A DNA stretch of 64,000 bases from positions 1,056,001-1,120,000 of the forward strand of contig CBDBGZ010000009.1 in NCBI GenBank assembly GCA_965205425.1. The letters run 5' to 3'. Positions 39,732-50,637 of this stretch are shown piece after piece. A program made the position numbers and the translations under genes. The notes beneath the pieces are model-generated. The model was not told the origin of the DNA and ran no database searches. It saw nothing but the letters and a program-made list of their open reading frames with translations. Position 1 is the stretch's first letter. Each line of letters opens with the position of its first letter. The stretch comes from Nitrosopumilus sp. Its GTDB lineage: Archaea; Thermoproteota; Nitrososphaeria; Nitrososphaerales; Nitrosopumilaceae.

Positions 39732-40699
39732 TTGTTAATGGCCCCCTCCTTTACTTTCATCATTCTAGTTACTAGAAGATGTGCGACAACATTAATCACA
39801 ATTGCAATAAGTAAAAGAATCAAAGCAACACCAATTAAAGCAGGAAGATGTAAAGATGCAGGAGATGCTTCAACAAACTCATTTGCAATAATACTAGACA
39901 TTGTTTGACTTGGTTTGAAGAAAGAGGAGGGGAATGCAGAGATGCCTGTTGCATTACCAATTAACATTGTAACTGCCATTGTTTCGCCAACAGCTCTGCC
40001 AAGTCCTAGAATTGAAGCCCCAATTAATCCCGTCTTAGAATATGGGAATACTGCAAGCTTGAACATTTCCCATTTCGTTGCACCTAACATGTATGCAGCT
40101 TCTCTTTGTTGTTGAGGAACTGCTTTCATTATTTCACGTGAAACTGATGAAACTGTGGGGATAATCATAATAGCTAAAATTACACTTGCTGTAATGAGAT
40201 CAAGACCAAATGGAGTTCCTGAAAATAAAAATATTGAATCTCCAAACAAATCATGTAAGGGTTTCTCCACCCAATCTTGAAAATAAAGTCTAAAAACTAA
40301 AAGACCCCATAGACCATAAATTATGCTTGGAACTGCTGCTAAAAGTTCAACTAGAAATCCTAATGGGCCACCAATTTTTGCAGGAGCGTCTGAAATGAAC
40401 ATTGCAATTCCAATACTGAGAGGTACGCCAATTGCCATTGCTAAAGCAGCAGTAGCAAGCGTGCCTGCAATATAGGGCAATGCCCCAAATGACTCTCTCC
40501 CCTCAACTGCATTCCAATCAGTACCAATGATAAATCCAAGACCTTCAGATTCCCAAATAGGGTAAGATTCAGAAATTAACTGAAATATCATCAGGACTAT
40601 TATTACTAAAACAAACGCTCCGGCAATAGTTGCACCTAATTTGAAAATTTGATCAGAATTAATTTTTCGCTTATGTGGTGTGAGTATATTTTTCTCCAC
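39728..40699 (-). CDS. pstC: Phosphate ABC transporter permease
   Basis: ELLAAVPSIIYGLWG, LGRAVGETMAV. Confidence 0.94.
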   Translation of the reverse strand: MEKNILTPHKRKINSDQIFKLGATIAGAFVLVIIVLMIFQLISESYPIWESEGLGFIIGTDWNAVEGRESFGALPYIAGTLATAALAMAIGVPLSIGIAMFISDAPAKIGGPLGFLVELLAAVPSIIYGLWGLLVFRLYFQDWVEKPLHDLFGDSIFLFSGTPFGLDLITASVILAIMIIPTVSSVSREIMKAVPQQQREAAYMLGATKWEMFKLAVFPYSKTGLIGASILGLGRAVGETMAVTMLIGNATGISAFPSSFFKPSQTMSSIIANEFVEASPASLHLPALIGVALILLLIAIVINVVAHLLVTRMMKVKEGAINN

Positions 40700-40837
40700 A
40701 CAGTTTCAACATGAATTACGGGTTATCTAAAAAATGATCATAAATTATGTAGAGTATGATATCAATTGAGATCTATATAGACTATGTTCAGAAGCAGTAT
40801 AACAACTAAAACGCATTAAACATCATAGTTACAAACC

Positions 40838-41860
40838 ATGTCAGAAATTAAACAAATGAGAAGACTGCAATTAACTGGCGGTTCTACATACACTGTTTCA
40901 TTACCAAAAACATGGGTTGATGAATTGCAATTAAAGAAAAATTCCAATGTTACTTTAGTAAAGAATCGCAATAATTCAATAATATTATTTCAAGAAGAAC
41001 AAAGTAAAAAGACTAATGCCATTGCGCTAATTGGAAAAAAGGATTCAAAGGAATCCATAAGAAGAAAAATTATTGCAATGTATCTTTCAGGTTACAAAAC
41101 TATTGAAATCAAAACTAAAGGAATAGAAATTACTAGTATGCATAGAGGAGCAATTAGAGATTTAGTTAGAACCACACTAATGGGCACTGAAATAGTTGAG
41201 GCAAGTTCAGAAAAAATAATATTACAAGTTCTTACACAACTTGCACAATTATCATTTGCTGTTGCATTAAAGAGAATGTACATTACTGCTACAAACATGC
41301 ATCAAGAAGCTATGGAATCATTAAATGAAAGAAATTCAGATCATGCCGAAGAAGTTCTCAAAATGGATGATGAGGTTGACAGATTCAGTCTCTATTTACT
41401 GAGAAATCTAAATTTATCATTAGAAAATGTACAGGTTTTGTTAGATTCTGGGCTCGAAAAACCATCCGATTGCCTTGGCTATAGAACAGTAGTAAAATGT
41501 GTAGAAAGAATTGCAGATCATGCAGGACTAATTGCAAAAAAAGTAAAATATCTAGATTCTCCAATAGACAAAAAAATTCTAAAAGAAATAGATCAAATTA
41601 GCAAAGAATCCCTTATTGTTTTTGAAAATTCAATCACAGCGCTAACCAAAAGAGATTATGATATGGCAGAAAAAGTGGCATCAAGTGTAACCAAAGTAAT
41701 TGAAAAAGAGAAAAAACTGATGGATTCTCTCAAACCAGATGACAATATAGCCATAATAAAATTAATTTTAGAAGACATTAGAAGAACTGCTGAATATTCT
41801 AGAGATATATCTGAAATTGCAATAGATGAAACAGTACAAAGTGTAATAGAAGAATCTTAA
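40838..41860 (+). CDS. AbrB-PhoU phosphate uptake regulator
   Basis: RRLQLTGGSTYTVSLPKTW AbrB-like N-terminus plus PhoU repeats (ERIADHA). Confidence 0.9.
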   Translation: MSEIKQMRRLQLTGGSTYTVSLPKTWVDELQLKKNSNVTLVKNRNNSIILFQEEQSKKTNAIALIGKKDSKESIRRKIIAMYLSGYKTIEIKTKGIEITSMHRGAIRDLVRTTLMGTEIVEASSEKIILQVLTQLAQLSFAVALKRMYITATNMHQEAMESLNERNSDHAEEVLKMDDEVDRFSLYLLRNLNLSLENVQVLLDSGLEKPSDCLGYRTVVKCVERIADHAGLIAKKVKYLDSPIDKKILKEIDQISKESLIVFENSITALTKRDYDMAEKVASSVTKVIEKEKKLMDSLKPDDNIAIIKLILEDIRRTAEYSRDISEIAIDETVQSVIEES

Positions 41861-41887
41861 AAAAAGAAAAAAATAACTTTGGATAAT

Positions 41888-43444
41888 TTATCCGCGGTAT
41901 TTTTTAGTTAATCCATAGAACATCATAGCTGGTGCTCCCACATACATTCCAAGATTCATCAGGATTACACCTATACCATATCCCAATATTTCAGAGTCAG
42001 ACTCTGCATATTCCATTATGGATAAAGATGATAACAGTGGAGTAATTCCAATTTTTACCATTTCTTTGAATACAGGATTTGCTCTTTCCATATCAGCAAT
42101 GTATGGTGAGAATGAATAATACAATTGGTTGAATCCAGTCATGAAGGACATGCCTGAAGCACTATTCATTAATTGATTATCTCTGATTTCCCTTAACAAC
42201 TGAACTTGAGGTGCCATCTCTGAGCCATATGTTGCAGTTGCAATTAGACAACCACCACCTTCTTTCTCGTCAAATGACTTCATTTCAGTTTGTTGTTTAA
42301 TATCTTGTGTAATTTCTGATTGTGTAGATGTATTTTCATCCCAAAGAATTTCTCCATCATATGTTATTTGTTTTAGTCCTTGCTGTCCAAGTTTTGTTAC
42401 TTTATCAGCTAGTGGAACATACAATAAACTTGATGAGTATTCTTGACCATCAGTAATCATCCAATTAATTAAATGGATTACAGCTTTTGCTTGTTCTTTG
42501 TTTTTAGTTACTGGTTTTAGATCATCATATACTAGCAAGTATGTGAAACTTGCAATAGGGTATGAGTTAGATCCGGGTGCATTTACAAGGGATACGCCTA
42601 CCCAACTATCTTTTGCAGCAGGTAAAGTATCAGCAACACCACTAGATGCAGCAGAAATGCTGTCTAGAGAGGGTTCAATGAATGCAGATTTCTCAGCATT
42701 TTGAATTGATGCATAAGTCATTCCAGTTTGAAACGCATAAGCAAGTTCAACATAACCGATAGAGTATTCTGTAGATTTTACAATTGTTGCAACGCCTTCA
42801 TTGCCAGCAGCAGCCAAGCCTAAAGGCCATGGAACAGATTTTCCTTTACCTACTAGTTCATCCCAAGTTGGACTAACTACTGAAAGATAATCCGTAAAGA
42901 TGAAAGTAGTTCCAGAGCCATCTGATCTGTGTGCTGTAACAATTGTTTTGTCAGGTAGTTTTAATCCTGGATTTTCTGCAACAATAGCAGGATCATTCCA
43001 TTTTGTGATTTCTCCCAAAAAGATTCCTGCAACTACATCAGCAGTTAACTTTAATCCTGTATTTGGAATTTCAGGAATGTTATACACTAAAACGACACCT
43101 CCAATAGACTCAGGGATGTGAAATGTTCCAGTAGCCAAATCTCTTTCTGCTTCACTCATAGGTTTATCAGATGCTGCAAAATTCACAGTTTTTTCGATAT
43201 GTTGTTTGATTCCACCACCACTTCCAATTGATTGATAATTGAGGTTGACATTGTCATAGACATTGTTGTATTCAACTCTCCACAAATCAATGAGGGGGAA
43301 TGGAAATGTTGCACCTGCTCCTGTCAAAGTAAATTCTACGTTTGGATCAGGTATATCAGGTGTTGTTGCTGCGTCTGCATACAGAGGAGTAATGATCGCT
43401 CCAAGTGCAGTCAATAAAATCAGTAACGATGTTTTTGTTTTCAT
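41888..43444 (-). CDS. pstS: Phosphate-binding protein PstS with CFI-box-CTERM tail
   Basis: GAGATFP, GSGGG, RSDGSGTT; C-terminal GGGCLIATATYGS...LREIRD plus TM helix. Confidence 0.95.
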   Translation of the reverse strand: MKTKTSLLILLTALGAIITPLYADAATTPDIPDPNVEFTLTGAGATFPFPLIDLWRVEYNNVYDNVNLNYQSIGSGGGIKQHIEKTVNFAASDKPMSEAERDLATGTFHIPESIGGVVLVYNIPEIPNTGLKLTADVVAGIFLGEITKWNDPAIVAENPGLKLPDKTIVTAHRSDGSGTTFIFTDYLSVVSPTWDELVGKGKSVPWPLGLAAAGNEGVATIVKSTEYSIGYVELAYAFQTGMTYASIQNAEKSAFIEPSLDSISAASSGVADTLPAAKDSWVGVSLVNAPGSNSYPIASFTYLLVYDDLKPVTKNKEQAKAVIHLINWMITDGQEYSSSLLYVPLADKVTKLGQQGLKQITYDGEILWDENTSTQSEITQDIKQQTEMKSFDEKEGGGCLIATATYGSEMAPQVQLLREIRDNQLMNSASGMSFMTGFNQLYYSFSPYIADMERANPVFKEMVKIGITPLLSSLSIMEYAESDSEILGYGIGVILMNLGMYVGAPAMMFYGLTKKYRG

Positions 43445-43760
43445 TGATTGATAACTTTGAAAAATCTATTTACAAATACTAGGCATAGATTATAGTAGTT
43501 CCATATACTATATAGAAAATTAATTCCAAACAAACAAAATGTAATGAATGAAAATCTAATATGATATAGATTCTATATTGGTTAGTCTTTTGAGATATTT
43601 TACAATACCACTTGTAATGACATCACAATCTTCCTTGAGCAACAAACCTGCCACAACTGAATTGCAGACAATCAACTATATTTTTAAACTTCTTGTTCAT
43701 CTTACTGCAATCAACACAAGTCTAAGCAATGATAGGAAGAAAAAACAGGAGGAATTTTAG

Positions 43761-43922
43761 TTGCCTGATGAATCATGTAGAAATTGTGGGAATATATTAC
43801 AAATTTTTTCAAAGTGTAATGAATGTAGAATAGTTGAACAGGAGATATGCTTCAAATGTAACAATAAAACAATGATGAAACATCATAATTGCTTAGTATT
43901 AAAAACATCTATGACTTGCTAA
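43761..43922 (+). CDS. Small zinc-finger protein (53 aa), absent from the ORF track
   Basis: AGGAGG upstream of TTG; CRNC...CNEC...CFKC. Confidence 0.7.
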   Translation: MPDESCRNCGNILQIFSKCNECRIVEQEICFKCNNKTMMKHHNCLVLKTSMTC

Positions 43923-43974
43923 TACTAGATTTAATTCCGTAAAGAGTTGAACCATTTTTGAGAATTCTATTTTA

Positions 43975-44730
43975 TTATCTAGTTTTCAGTAAAGATTTGT
44001 GAATTTTAGTACCATATTGTAATGCTTTTTTTCGTTTCGTACATGATAGTTCTGGAACGTTCACCTCACTTGCTAATTTTCGTATAATATGTTTACGATA
44101 TAGATCTTCTGAATCATGAATTTTTTCAGAAATAGGAACAGTTTTTGCATATTCAATAAATTTTGGAGAAAGTAGTGGTTGTAGTATTTTAATTCCAAAT
44201 TCAGATGCTACTAAATTTACAGCCTTCATCATTTTCAATTCATTATATAATTTCGTAAGCATTACTTCATTGATTTGTGATTCTCCGCCAGAAAATGCTT
44301 CTCTATATGCATTATATCCGCAAAATAATTCATCGATCCCATTTGCAGTAATTACAGTATCAAGATCCAGAGAATTTGCCAGTTTTGAAACATAATGAAA
44401 AGCAATACAATTTTCATTCCAAGATAAATTGTCAGTCTTTATTGTTTGATTAATTTTTGAAGAAATAGATGCAAATGTATTTGGATCAATTTCTAAAATA
44501 TGGTGAGGGTATTTTAGAAATTCATTAACATGTTTTGCAAACAAAATATCATGTGATTCAGGAAATCCAATTGTAAGTAATGTAACATCAAAATCCATGT
44601 CTGAGCAAATTTTTGAAATTAATGTACTGTCAACTCCGCCGGAATAAGCAATTCCAATTTTCTTTACTTTGACAGTTTCAGAAATAGAAGTTTTGATATT
44701 TTCAAGTAATTTTGTGTTTATCTCATCCAT
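43975..44730 (-). CDS. Asparagine synthase C-terminal (PP-loop) domain protein
   Basis: SGGVDS, GIDELFCGY, KKALQYG. Confidence 0.88.
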   Translation of the reverse strand: MDEINTKLLENIKTSISETVKVKKIGIAYSGGVDSTLISKICSDMDFDVTLLTIGFPESHDILFAKHVNEFLKYPHHILEIDPNTFASISSKINQTIKTDNLSWNENCIAFHYVSKLANSLDLDTVITANGIDELFCGYNAYREAFSGGESQINEVMLTKLYNELKMMKAVNLVASEFGIKILQPLLSPKFIEYAKTVPISEKIHDSEDLYRKHIIRKLASEVNVPELSCTKRKKALQYGTKIHKSLLKTR

Positions 44731-44802
44731 TTTTACTCACTCTTTACAATCCATAATGGGTAATGAATCAATCTTTTAATTTAACAATAAATCTAAAACA
44801 GT

Positions 44803-45081
44803 ATGATACGATTATCTCAACTAGACATTGAAGAGCAGTTAAAGGATCTTTCAGGATGGAGTGTTGTTAATGAAAAACTACACAAAGAATTTCAATTTGA
44901 TAGTTTCAATCAAGCTTTTGGGTTTATGACCAGAGCAGCTATGGAAATTGAAAAAATGAATCATCATCCAGAGTGGTTTAACGTATACAACAGACTCACA
45001 ATAGATTTGACAACTCATGATGCGGGCGGTATCACAAAAAATGATGTCAATCTAGCCAAAATTCTAAATTCTTTAGTATAG
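44803..45081 (+). CDS. Pterin-4-alpha-carbinolamine dehydratase
   Basis: NHHPEW, TTHDAGG. Confidence 0.93.
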   Translation: MIRLSQLDIEEQLKDLSGWSVVNEKLHKEFQFDSFNQAFGFMTRAAMEIEKMNHHPEWFNVYNRLTIDLTTHDAGGITKNDVNLAKILNSLV

Positions 45082-45149
45082 TAATTTAATAAGATTTTAG
45101 GCACGTTCATTACAGAATTTATATTATATCCATAGTCAGTTGACTTCAC

Positions 45150-45965
45150 ATGTCTTCAAGTCCTACAATTTTAGATTCAGATTTTAGATATATCGATAAA
45201 AAGGGAAATTTACTCAAAACTAGAACAGAATTAACAGTAGCTCAAATGCTTACATTTCTTGAACAGGGTTATGAATACAACCACAAAGTTACCCTAAAAA
45301 ATGGAACTGAAGTAACAATTGATTTCAAAACCGAAAAGGGATTGATTGAGGTTATTGATACAGATGAAGACATAGAGAAATACAAACAGGTCAAAGAAGA
45401 TTTTCCTGAAAATAAAGTAATGGCAATAGGACATGCAAAATATGTTGCACAAATTAAAGAATTACAAGATGTTGTATTTTATGATAAAACTCCACAAACA
45501 GGATCTATATTTTTAGAGGATGCATCATTCTCATTTGATTATGCACATATTCTTCCATTAGTTGAAAAATGTTCTATACTTCATGGACATACATCTTCTG
45601 TAATGGTTGAACTTGTAGGACAGATGAAAGATAATCTTCTTTTAGATTTTGGAGAGGCTAAAAAAATTATCAAAGAAGTAGTCAATGTGTTTGATCATAA
45701 ATTTTTCATCAATAAAAAATATTTACAGAAAGAAGATGATTCTCATTATCAAATACAATTTGAAGGTCCAAAAGGAATGTTTGAGTTACAAGTTCCAAAA
45801 AATACAACATATCTATTAGAAGGTGAAGCTACAGTTGAAAATCTTTCAAGTGAAATTATCAAATTATTAGTAACAAAAATGCCATCAAATGTAGAGGCAG
45901 TGGGTGTGTACATCTATGAAGGTTACAATAAAGGATCTCATATTATTTCAAACATAGAAAGATAA
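45150..45965 (+). CDS. 6-carboxytetrahydropterin synthase (QueD/PTPS) with extra N-terminal domain
   Basis: FDYAH...CSILHGH...DFG...FDH...TVENL in the C-terminal half. Confidence 0.85.
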   Translation: MSSSPTILDSDFRYIDKKGNLLKTRTELTVAQMLTFLEQGYEYNHKVTLKNGTEVTIDFKTEKGLIEVIDTDEDIEKYKQVKEDFPENKVMAIGHAKYVAQIKELQDVVFYDKTPQTGSIFLEDASFSFDYAHILPLVEKCSILHGHTSSVMVELVGQMKDNLLLDFGEAKKIIKEVVNVFDHKFFINKKYLQKEDDSHYQIQFEGPKGMFELQVPKNTTYLLEGEATVENLSSEIIKLLVTKMPSNVEAVGVYIYEGYNKGSHIISNIER

Positions 45966-45972
45966 TTAGAAA

Positions 45973-48291
45973 ATGGACCCTAAAATATCAGAAAAAGCAT
46001 GGAACCCAGAATTAGAAAAAGAAATTCTGAAACAATGGGATGAAGAAAAAATTTATGATTTTACACCACAAGATGACAATTATACAATAGATACACCTCC
46101 TCCATATCCATCAGGTAGACCTTGGCATATTGGTGCTGCAGCACATTATTCACAAATTGATATGATAGCAAGAACTGCAAGAATGGCAGGCAAAAATGTC
46201 TATTTCCCAATAGGAATTGACAGGAATGGACTTCCAGTAGAACTCTACACTGAAAAAAAACACAAAATTCGAATGAGAGAAACAGAAAGAGGTGAATTTC
46301 TAAATCTATGTAGAGACGCACTAGATGATTTAGAAGCTGAGATGATTCTCATTATGAAAAGTTTGGGTCTGAGTGGGGATTTTGCAAATTACTATAGAAC
46401 AGATTCAGAAGAATACAGAACTCTTACTCAATCAACATTCATTGATTTGTGGAAGAAAGGACAAGTGTATCTTGCAAATAGACCAAATAATTATGATTGG
46501 GTATCAGGTACAACAATAGCTGATGCAGAAATAATCTATGAAGATTTACCTACAAAACTGACTTACATGAAATTTAAAATTAAAGATACAGACAAAGAAA
46601 TAATCATTGCAAGTACAAGACCAGAATTGCTTTGTGCATGTAGAACAATTATTGTGAATCCTGAAGATGAAAGATATACACAATATATTGGAAAGAAAAT
46701 CATTGTTCCAATTACTAATGTAGAAGTTGAATTAAGAACACATCATTCTGCTCAACAAGAATTTGGTTCAGGAGTTGTAATGGTGTGTAGTTATGGTGAT
46801 CAAAATGATGTTGCATTATTTAGAGAGTTAGAATTAGAAGAGATTGTTGCAATCGGATTAGATGGAAGAATGACTGAAGTTGCAGGTGAATATACAGGAT
46901 TAAAACCAAAACAAGCAAGAACAAAAATCATAGAAGATTTAGAAACAAACGGATTTTTGGATAAAGTTGAAGATATTGTTCATAGAACACCAGTTTCAGA
47001 GAGAAGTAAAACACCAATAGAAATTATTCCAATGGAAGAATACTATCTAAAACAAAAAGAGGCCGTTGGGAAAATCAAAAAATTAGGAAAAGAAATCACA
47101 TTTCATCCATCAATGCATAAACAGATTCTAATGAATTGGTTGGAATCAATCAATATCGACTGGCCAATATCAAGAAGAAGGTATTATGGTACTGAAATCC
47201 CGATTTGGTACTGTAAAAATTGCTCAGAACCACATCTTCCTGAGCCTGGAAAATACTATAGACCATGGGAGGAAAAGTGTCCAATTAGTAATTGTACTAA
47301 ATGTGATTCCACTGAATTTGTTGGAGAAGAACGAACATTTGATACATGGATGGATTCGAGTGTATCTCCGCTTTTCATAAGTAAATTTAACAGAGATGAT
47401 GAATTTTTCAAAAAAGTATATCCTGCATCAATAAGACCTCAAGCAAAAGATATTGTTAGAACTTGGTTATACTATACCCTTCTAAGATGTGAACAACTTA
47501 CTGGAGAAAAACCATGGTCTGAAGCTTGGGTAATGGGATACGGTCTAGATGAAAAAGGGATGAAAATGAGTAAAAGTAAAGGAAATGCAATAGATCCATT
47601 ACCTGTAATTGAAAAATTAGGTGCGGATACTTTTAGATTTTGGAGTGCAAGTGAGATTAATCATGGGTATGATTTCAGATGTAATGAACAAAAAATTGAA
47701 TCTACAAAAAAATTCCTTAGTAAATTATGGAATGTATCAAGATTTTTGTCTAGCTTTCCAGTAATTGAATCAGGAAAACTTTCTTCATCGGATGAATGGA
47801 TTTTATCTGAATTAGATAAATTAGTCAAAGAATGTAAAAAAGGATATAAAGATTATAATTTCTTCATTCCTGCAATTGCAATTAGGGAATTTACATGGAA
47901 TGTTTTTGCAGCACATTATATTGAAATGGTAAAAGCAAGAGCATATGGAATTGATTTTTCTGATGAAGAAAGAGATGGTGCAATATTTACTCTACACAAA
48001 ACTCTATCAACAATTTTAAAATTATTAGCACCAATTACTCCATTTATTACAGAACATCTTTGGAAAGAATTGTATTCAAAAGACAGTATTCATAAAGAAA
48101 AACATGTCGAACCTGAAAATATTGAGGAACAAAGTAATGTTACAAAAGAAATTTCAGAGTTTAATTCAAAAGTTTGGAATGAGAAAAAATCTCAAAACTT
48201 ATCATTAAAAGATTCAATCAAAATAGAAATTCCTGAATCATTAGAACCATTCAGAAAAGATTTAAAATCCATGCATAATTTGTTGGATTGA
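45973..48291 (+). CDS. valS: Valine--tRNA ligase
   Basis: DTPPPY, HIGA, DWPISR, DTWMDSS, KMSKS. Confidence 0.95.
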   Translation: MDPKISEKAWNPELEKEILKQWDEEKIYDFTPQDDNYTIDTPPPYPSGRPWHIGAAAHYSQIDMIARTARMAGKNVYFPIGIDRNGLPVELYTEKKHKIRMRETERGEFLNLCRDALDDLEAEMILIMKSLGLSGDFANYYRTDSEEYRTLTQSTFIDLWKKGQVYLANRPNNYDWVSGTTIADAEIIYEDLPTKLTYMKFKIKDTDKEIIIASTRPELLCACRTIIVNPEDERYTQYIGKKIIVPITNVEVELRTHHSAQQEFGSGVVMVCSYGDQNDVALFRELELEEIVAIGLDGRMTEVAGEYTGLKPKQARTKIIEDLETNGFLDKVEDIVHRTPVSERSKTPIEIIPMEEYYLKQKEAVGKIKKLGKEITFHPSMHKQILMNWLESINIDWPISRRRYYGTEIPIWYCKNCSEPHLPEPGKYYRPWEEKCPISNCTKCDSTEFVGEERTFDTWMDSSVSPLFISKFNRDDEFFKKVYPASIRPQAKDIVRTWLYYTLLRCEQLTGEKPWSEAWVMGYGLDEKGMKMSKSKGNAIDPLPVIEKLGADTFRFWSASEINHGYDFRCNEQKIESTKKFLSKLWNVSRFLSSFPVIESGKLSSSDEWILSELDKLVKECKKGYKDYNFFIPAIAIREFTWNVFAAHYIEMVKARAYGIDFSDEERDGAIFTLHKTLSTILKLLAPITPFITEHLWKELYSKDSIHKEKHVEPENIEEQSNVTKEISEFNSKVWNEKKSQNLSLKDSIKIEIPESLEPFRKDLKSMHNLLD

Positions 48292-48329
48292 GCCTGATTA
48301 CACTTACTTAGAATTCATTGTTTTGTAGT

Positions 48330-48947
48330 TTAATTTTTTGATGTATTTACAAGATTGATAAAATATTTGTGAATTGCGGTGTCTTCAGTTAGTTCAGGAT
48401 GAAATGAAGTTCCAATCACATTGCCTTTTTTGATTGCAACAATACGATCATTGAATTTTGATAATATTTCTACATCTGAACCAACATCAGAAACAGATGG
48501 TGCTCTAATGAAAACTCCATTGAATTTTGGAATATTGATTGAATCTAATGTTATATCTGATTCAAATGATTCTTTTTGTCTTCCAAATGAATTTCTCTCT
48601 AATTTAATGTCAAAAATATCCAATAGTGGTTGATCAATTTTACCTACAACACGATCATCTGCTGTATTTGACAACATAATCATACCAGCACATATTCCAA
48701 GTACAGGCATACCATTTTGGATTTTTTCTTTTAGAATCTTAAGGGAACCATTTACCAGAGATAATTGACCAATAGTAGTACTCTCGCCTCCAGGAATAAT
48801 CAAACCATCTATTTGTGAAATTTCTTCAGGAGTTCTTACATCAATTACCTGTCCATCAATTCCTAATTCATCAACAGCAGCTTTTGCGGAGATAAGGTTT
48901 TCTTGAACATCTCCTTGAATAGACAATACACCAACAGTGAGACTCAT
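48330..48947 (-). CDS. pdxT: PLP synthase glutaminase subunit
   Basis: PGGEST, GICAG, FIRAP, FHPE. Confidence 0.96.
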   Translation of the reverse strand: MSLTVGVLSIQGDVQENLISAKAAVDELGIDGQVIDVRTPEEISQIDGLIIPGGESTTIGQLSLVNGSLKILKEKIQNGMPVLGICAGMIMLSNTADDRVVGKIDQPLLDIFDIKLERNSFGRQKESFESDITLDSINIPKFNGVFIRAPSVSDVGSDVEILSKFNDRIVAIKKGNVIGTSFHPELTEDTAIHKYFINLVNTSKN

Positions 48948-49912
48948 GCTGAACCACCACGATCTTGCATACGTAATTCTAAAGTGTTAACATCTAATCC
49001 AATCATAGATTGTCTTTCATCAATCATTTTTTGGGCTTCTTTGACTTTATCAGATTCATTCCAAAAAGTAGTAGCTAAAACAATTGCTCTTGCTCTCTCT
49101 TTTGCATCATCTGAATTGAAAATTCCAGAGCCAACAAAAATACCATCACAGCCTAGAGACATCAAATATGCTGCATCAGCAGGTGTTGCAATTCCACCAG
49201 CTGCAAAATTAACAACAGGTAATCTGCCTAGTTTAGCAGTTTGTTCAACAATATCATATGATACTTTGAATTCTCTTGCCATTCTAACTAAATCTTGATT
49301 ATCTCCAGAATCATAAATTGATTTTATTGTTCTTAATTCATCATTTACTTTTTTGATATGTTTGATAGCTTCGGCAACATTTCCAGTTCCAGGTTCTCCT
49401 TTTGTTCTAATCATTGAAGCTCCTTCTTCAATTCTTCGCAAAGCTTCTGCCAAAGATCTTGCACCATTTACAACAGGAGTAGTAAAATCCCATTTCCAAA
49501 TGTGTCGAAGTTCATCAGCAGGTGTTAAAACTTCAGATTCATCAATCATATCAACATCAGTTTCTTGTAATACTAGTGCTTCATTGACATGTCCAATTCT
49601 ACATTTAGCCATTACCGGAATTGTTACAGAATCCATAATTTCTTCAATAATTCTAATACTTGCAGTTCGTGCAACGCCACCAGCTTTTCTAACTTCAGAT
49701 GGAAGTTTATCTAAAACCATTACAGAAACTGCACCAGCTTCTTCTGCAATTTGAGCTTGTTCCACAGTTGTTACATCCATTACAACTCCATTCTTCAGCA
49801 TATGTGCAAAACCTCGTTTTACAGTAGAAGAACCACGTAAAGTATCAATAGAATTTAGTTTATCTGGAGTTATTCCTTTTGCATCTTTTCGTTCACCAGA
49901 TAATGGAAGCAT
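48944..49912 (-). CDS. pdxS: PLP synthase lyase subunit
   Basis: [31 protein letters not shown]. Confidence 0.97.
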   Translation of the reverse strand: MLPLSGERKDAKGITPDKLNSIDTLRGSSTVKRGFAHMLKNGVVMDVTTVEQAQIAEEAGAVSVMVLDKLPSEVRKAGGVARTASIRIIEEIMDSVTIPVMAKCRIGHVNEALVLQETDVDMIDESEVLTPADELRHIWKWDFTTPVVNGARSLAEALRRIEEGASMIRTKGEPGTGNVAEAIKHIKKVNDELRTIKSIYDSGDNQDLVRMAREFKVSYDIVEQTAKLGRLPVVNFAAGGIATPADAAYLMSLGCDGIFVGSGIFNSDDAKERARAIVLATTFWNESDKVKEAQKMIDERQSMIGLDVNTLELRMQDRGGSA

Positions 49913-49942
49913 GTTCTAATTTTTCTTAAAGACTATTTGTAT

Positions 49943-50503
49943 CTATTCACTAAATTCAGACATAATCAAATCGAGTTCTAATTCAACCATAGTAATTATT
50001 GGCGGAATAAAATCTTCTGTGACATTTTGTTGGGGCCAATGAATTTGATTGACTTTCCCATTAAGAGTAACTTTGACATTTGATTTTTGGTACTCAGTTG
50101 CATTATCCATTACTACAAAAGATTCAGAAGGAATTGCAATAAAACCAGTTTCTTTAATCAATGCTTTAATTTTGTTAAGTTTTGCTTCATCTAATTGAGA
50201 ACGTATATCAGGACTGAGATATCCATTTTCAGTGACTGAATATTTTAATTCTCCATCATTTTTGATGTATAGAATTTCAGTTTTTTGCGCTCCAACTCTT
50301 TCTGTAACACCATAAGAAATTTTCTTTAACTGGTGTTTAGTATACTCAATTTCAAGTCTATCAGTATAATTTGAAGCAGATGTTGGAATTTCATTTTTTA
50401 ATATTAATGGAGTTACAAGTAGCAGAGCTGCAATTACAGGAATAGCACCTAAAACTAAGTAAACTGTTTTTACCATTTTACTGCAAATACTGTCAATTTG
50501 CAA
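49943..50503 (-). CDS. Membrane-anchored hypothetical protein
   Basis: N-terminal TM helix. Confidence 0.7.
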   Translation of the reverse strand: MQIDSICSKMVKTVYLVLGAIPVIAALLLVTPLILKNEIPTSASNYTDRLEIEYTKHQLKKISYGVTERVGAQKTEILYIKNDGELKYSVTENGYLSPDIRSQLDEAKLNKIKALIKETGFIAIPSESFVVMDNATEYQKSNVKVTLNGKVNQIHWPQQNVTEDFIPPIITMVELELDLIMSEFSE

Positions 50504-50552
50504 ATAAATCTTAGTAATAGTTAAAATTCAAGCAGAATATTTCGATTCTTGT

Positions 50553-50629
50553 GGGTCTATAGCCTAGCCTGGTAGGGCGATGGTCTCCAAAACCATCGAT
50601 CGTCGGTTCAAATCCGATTGGGCCCACCA
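50553..50629 (+). tRNA. tRNA-Trp (CCA), intronless, with encoded 3' CCA
   Basis: GGGTCTA/TGGGCCC acceptor, ATGGT-CTCCAAA-ACCAT anticodon arm, GGTTCAAATCC. Confidence 0.95.
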
Positions 50630-50637
50630 TTATTTTA

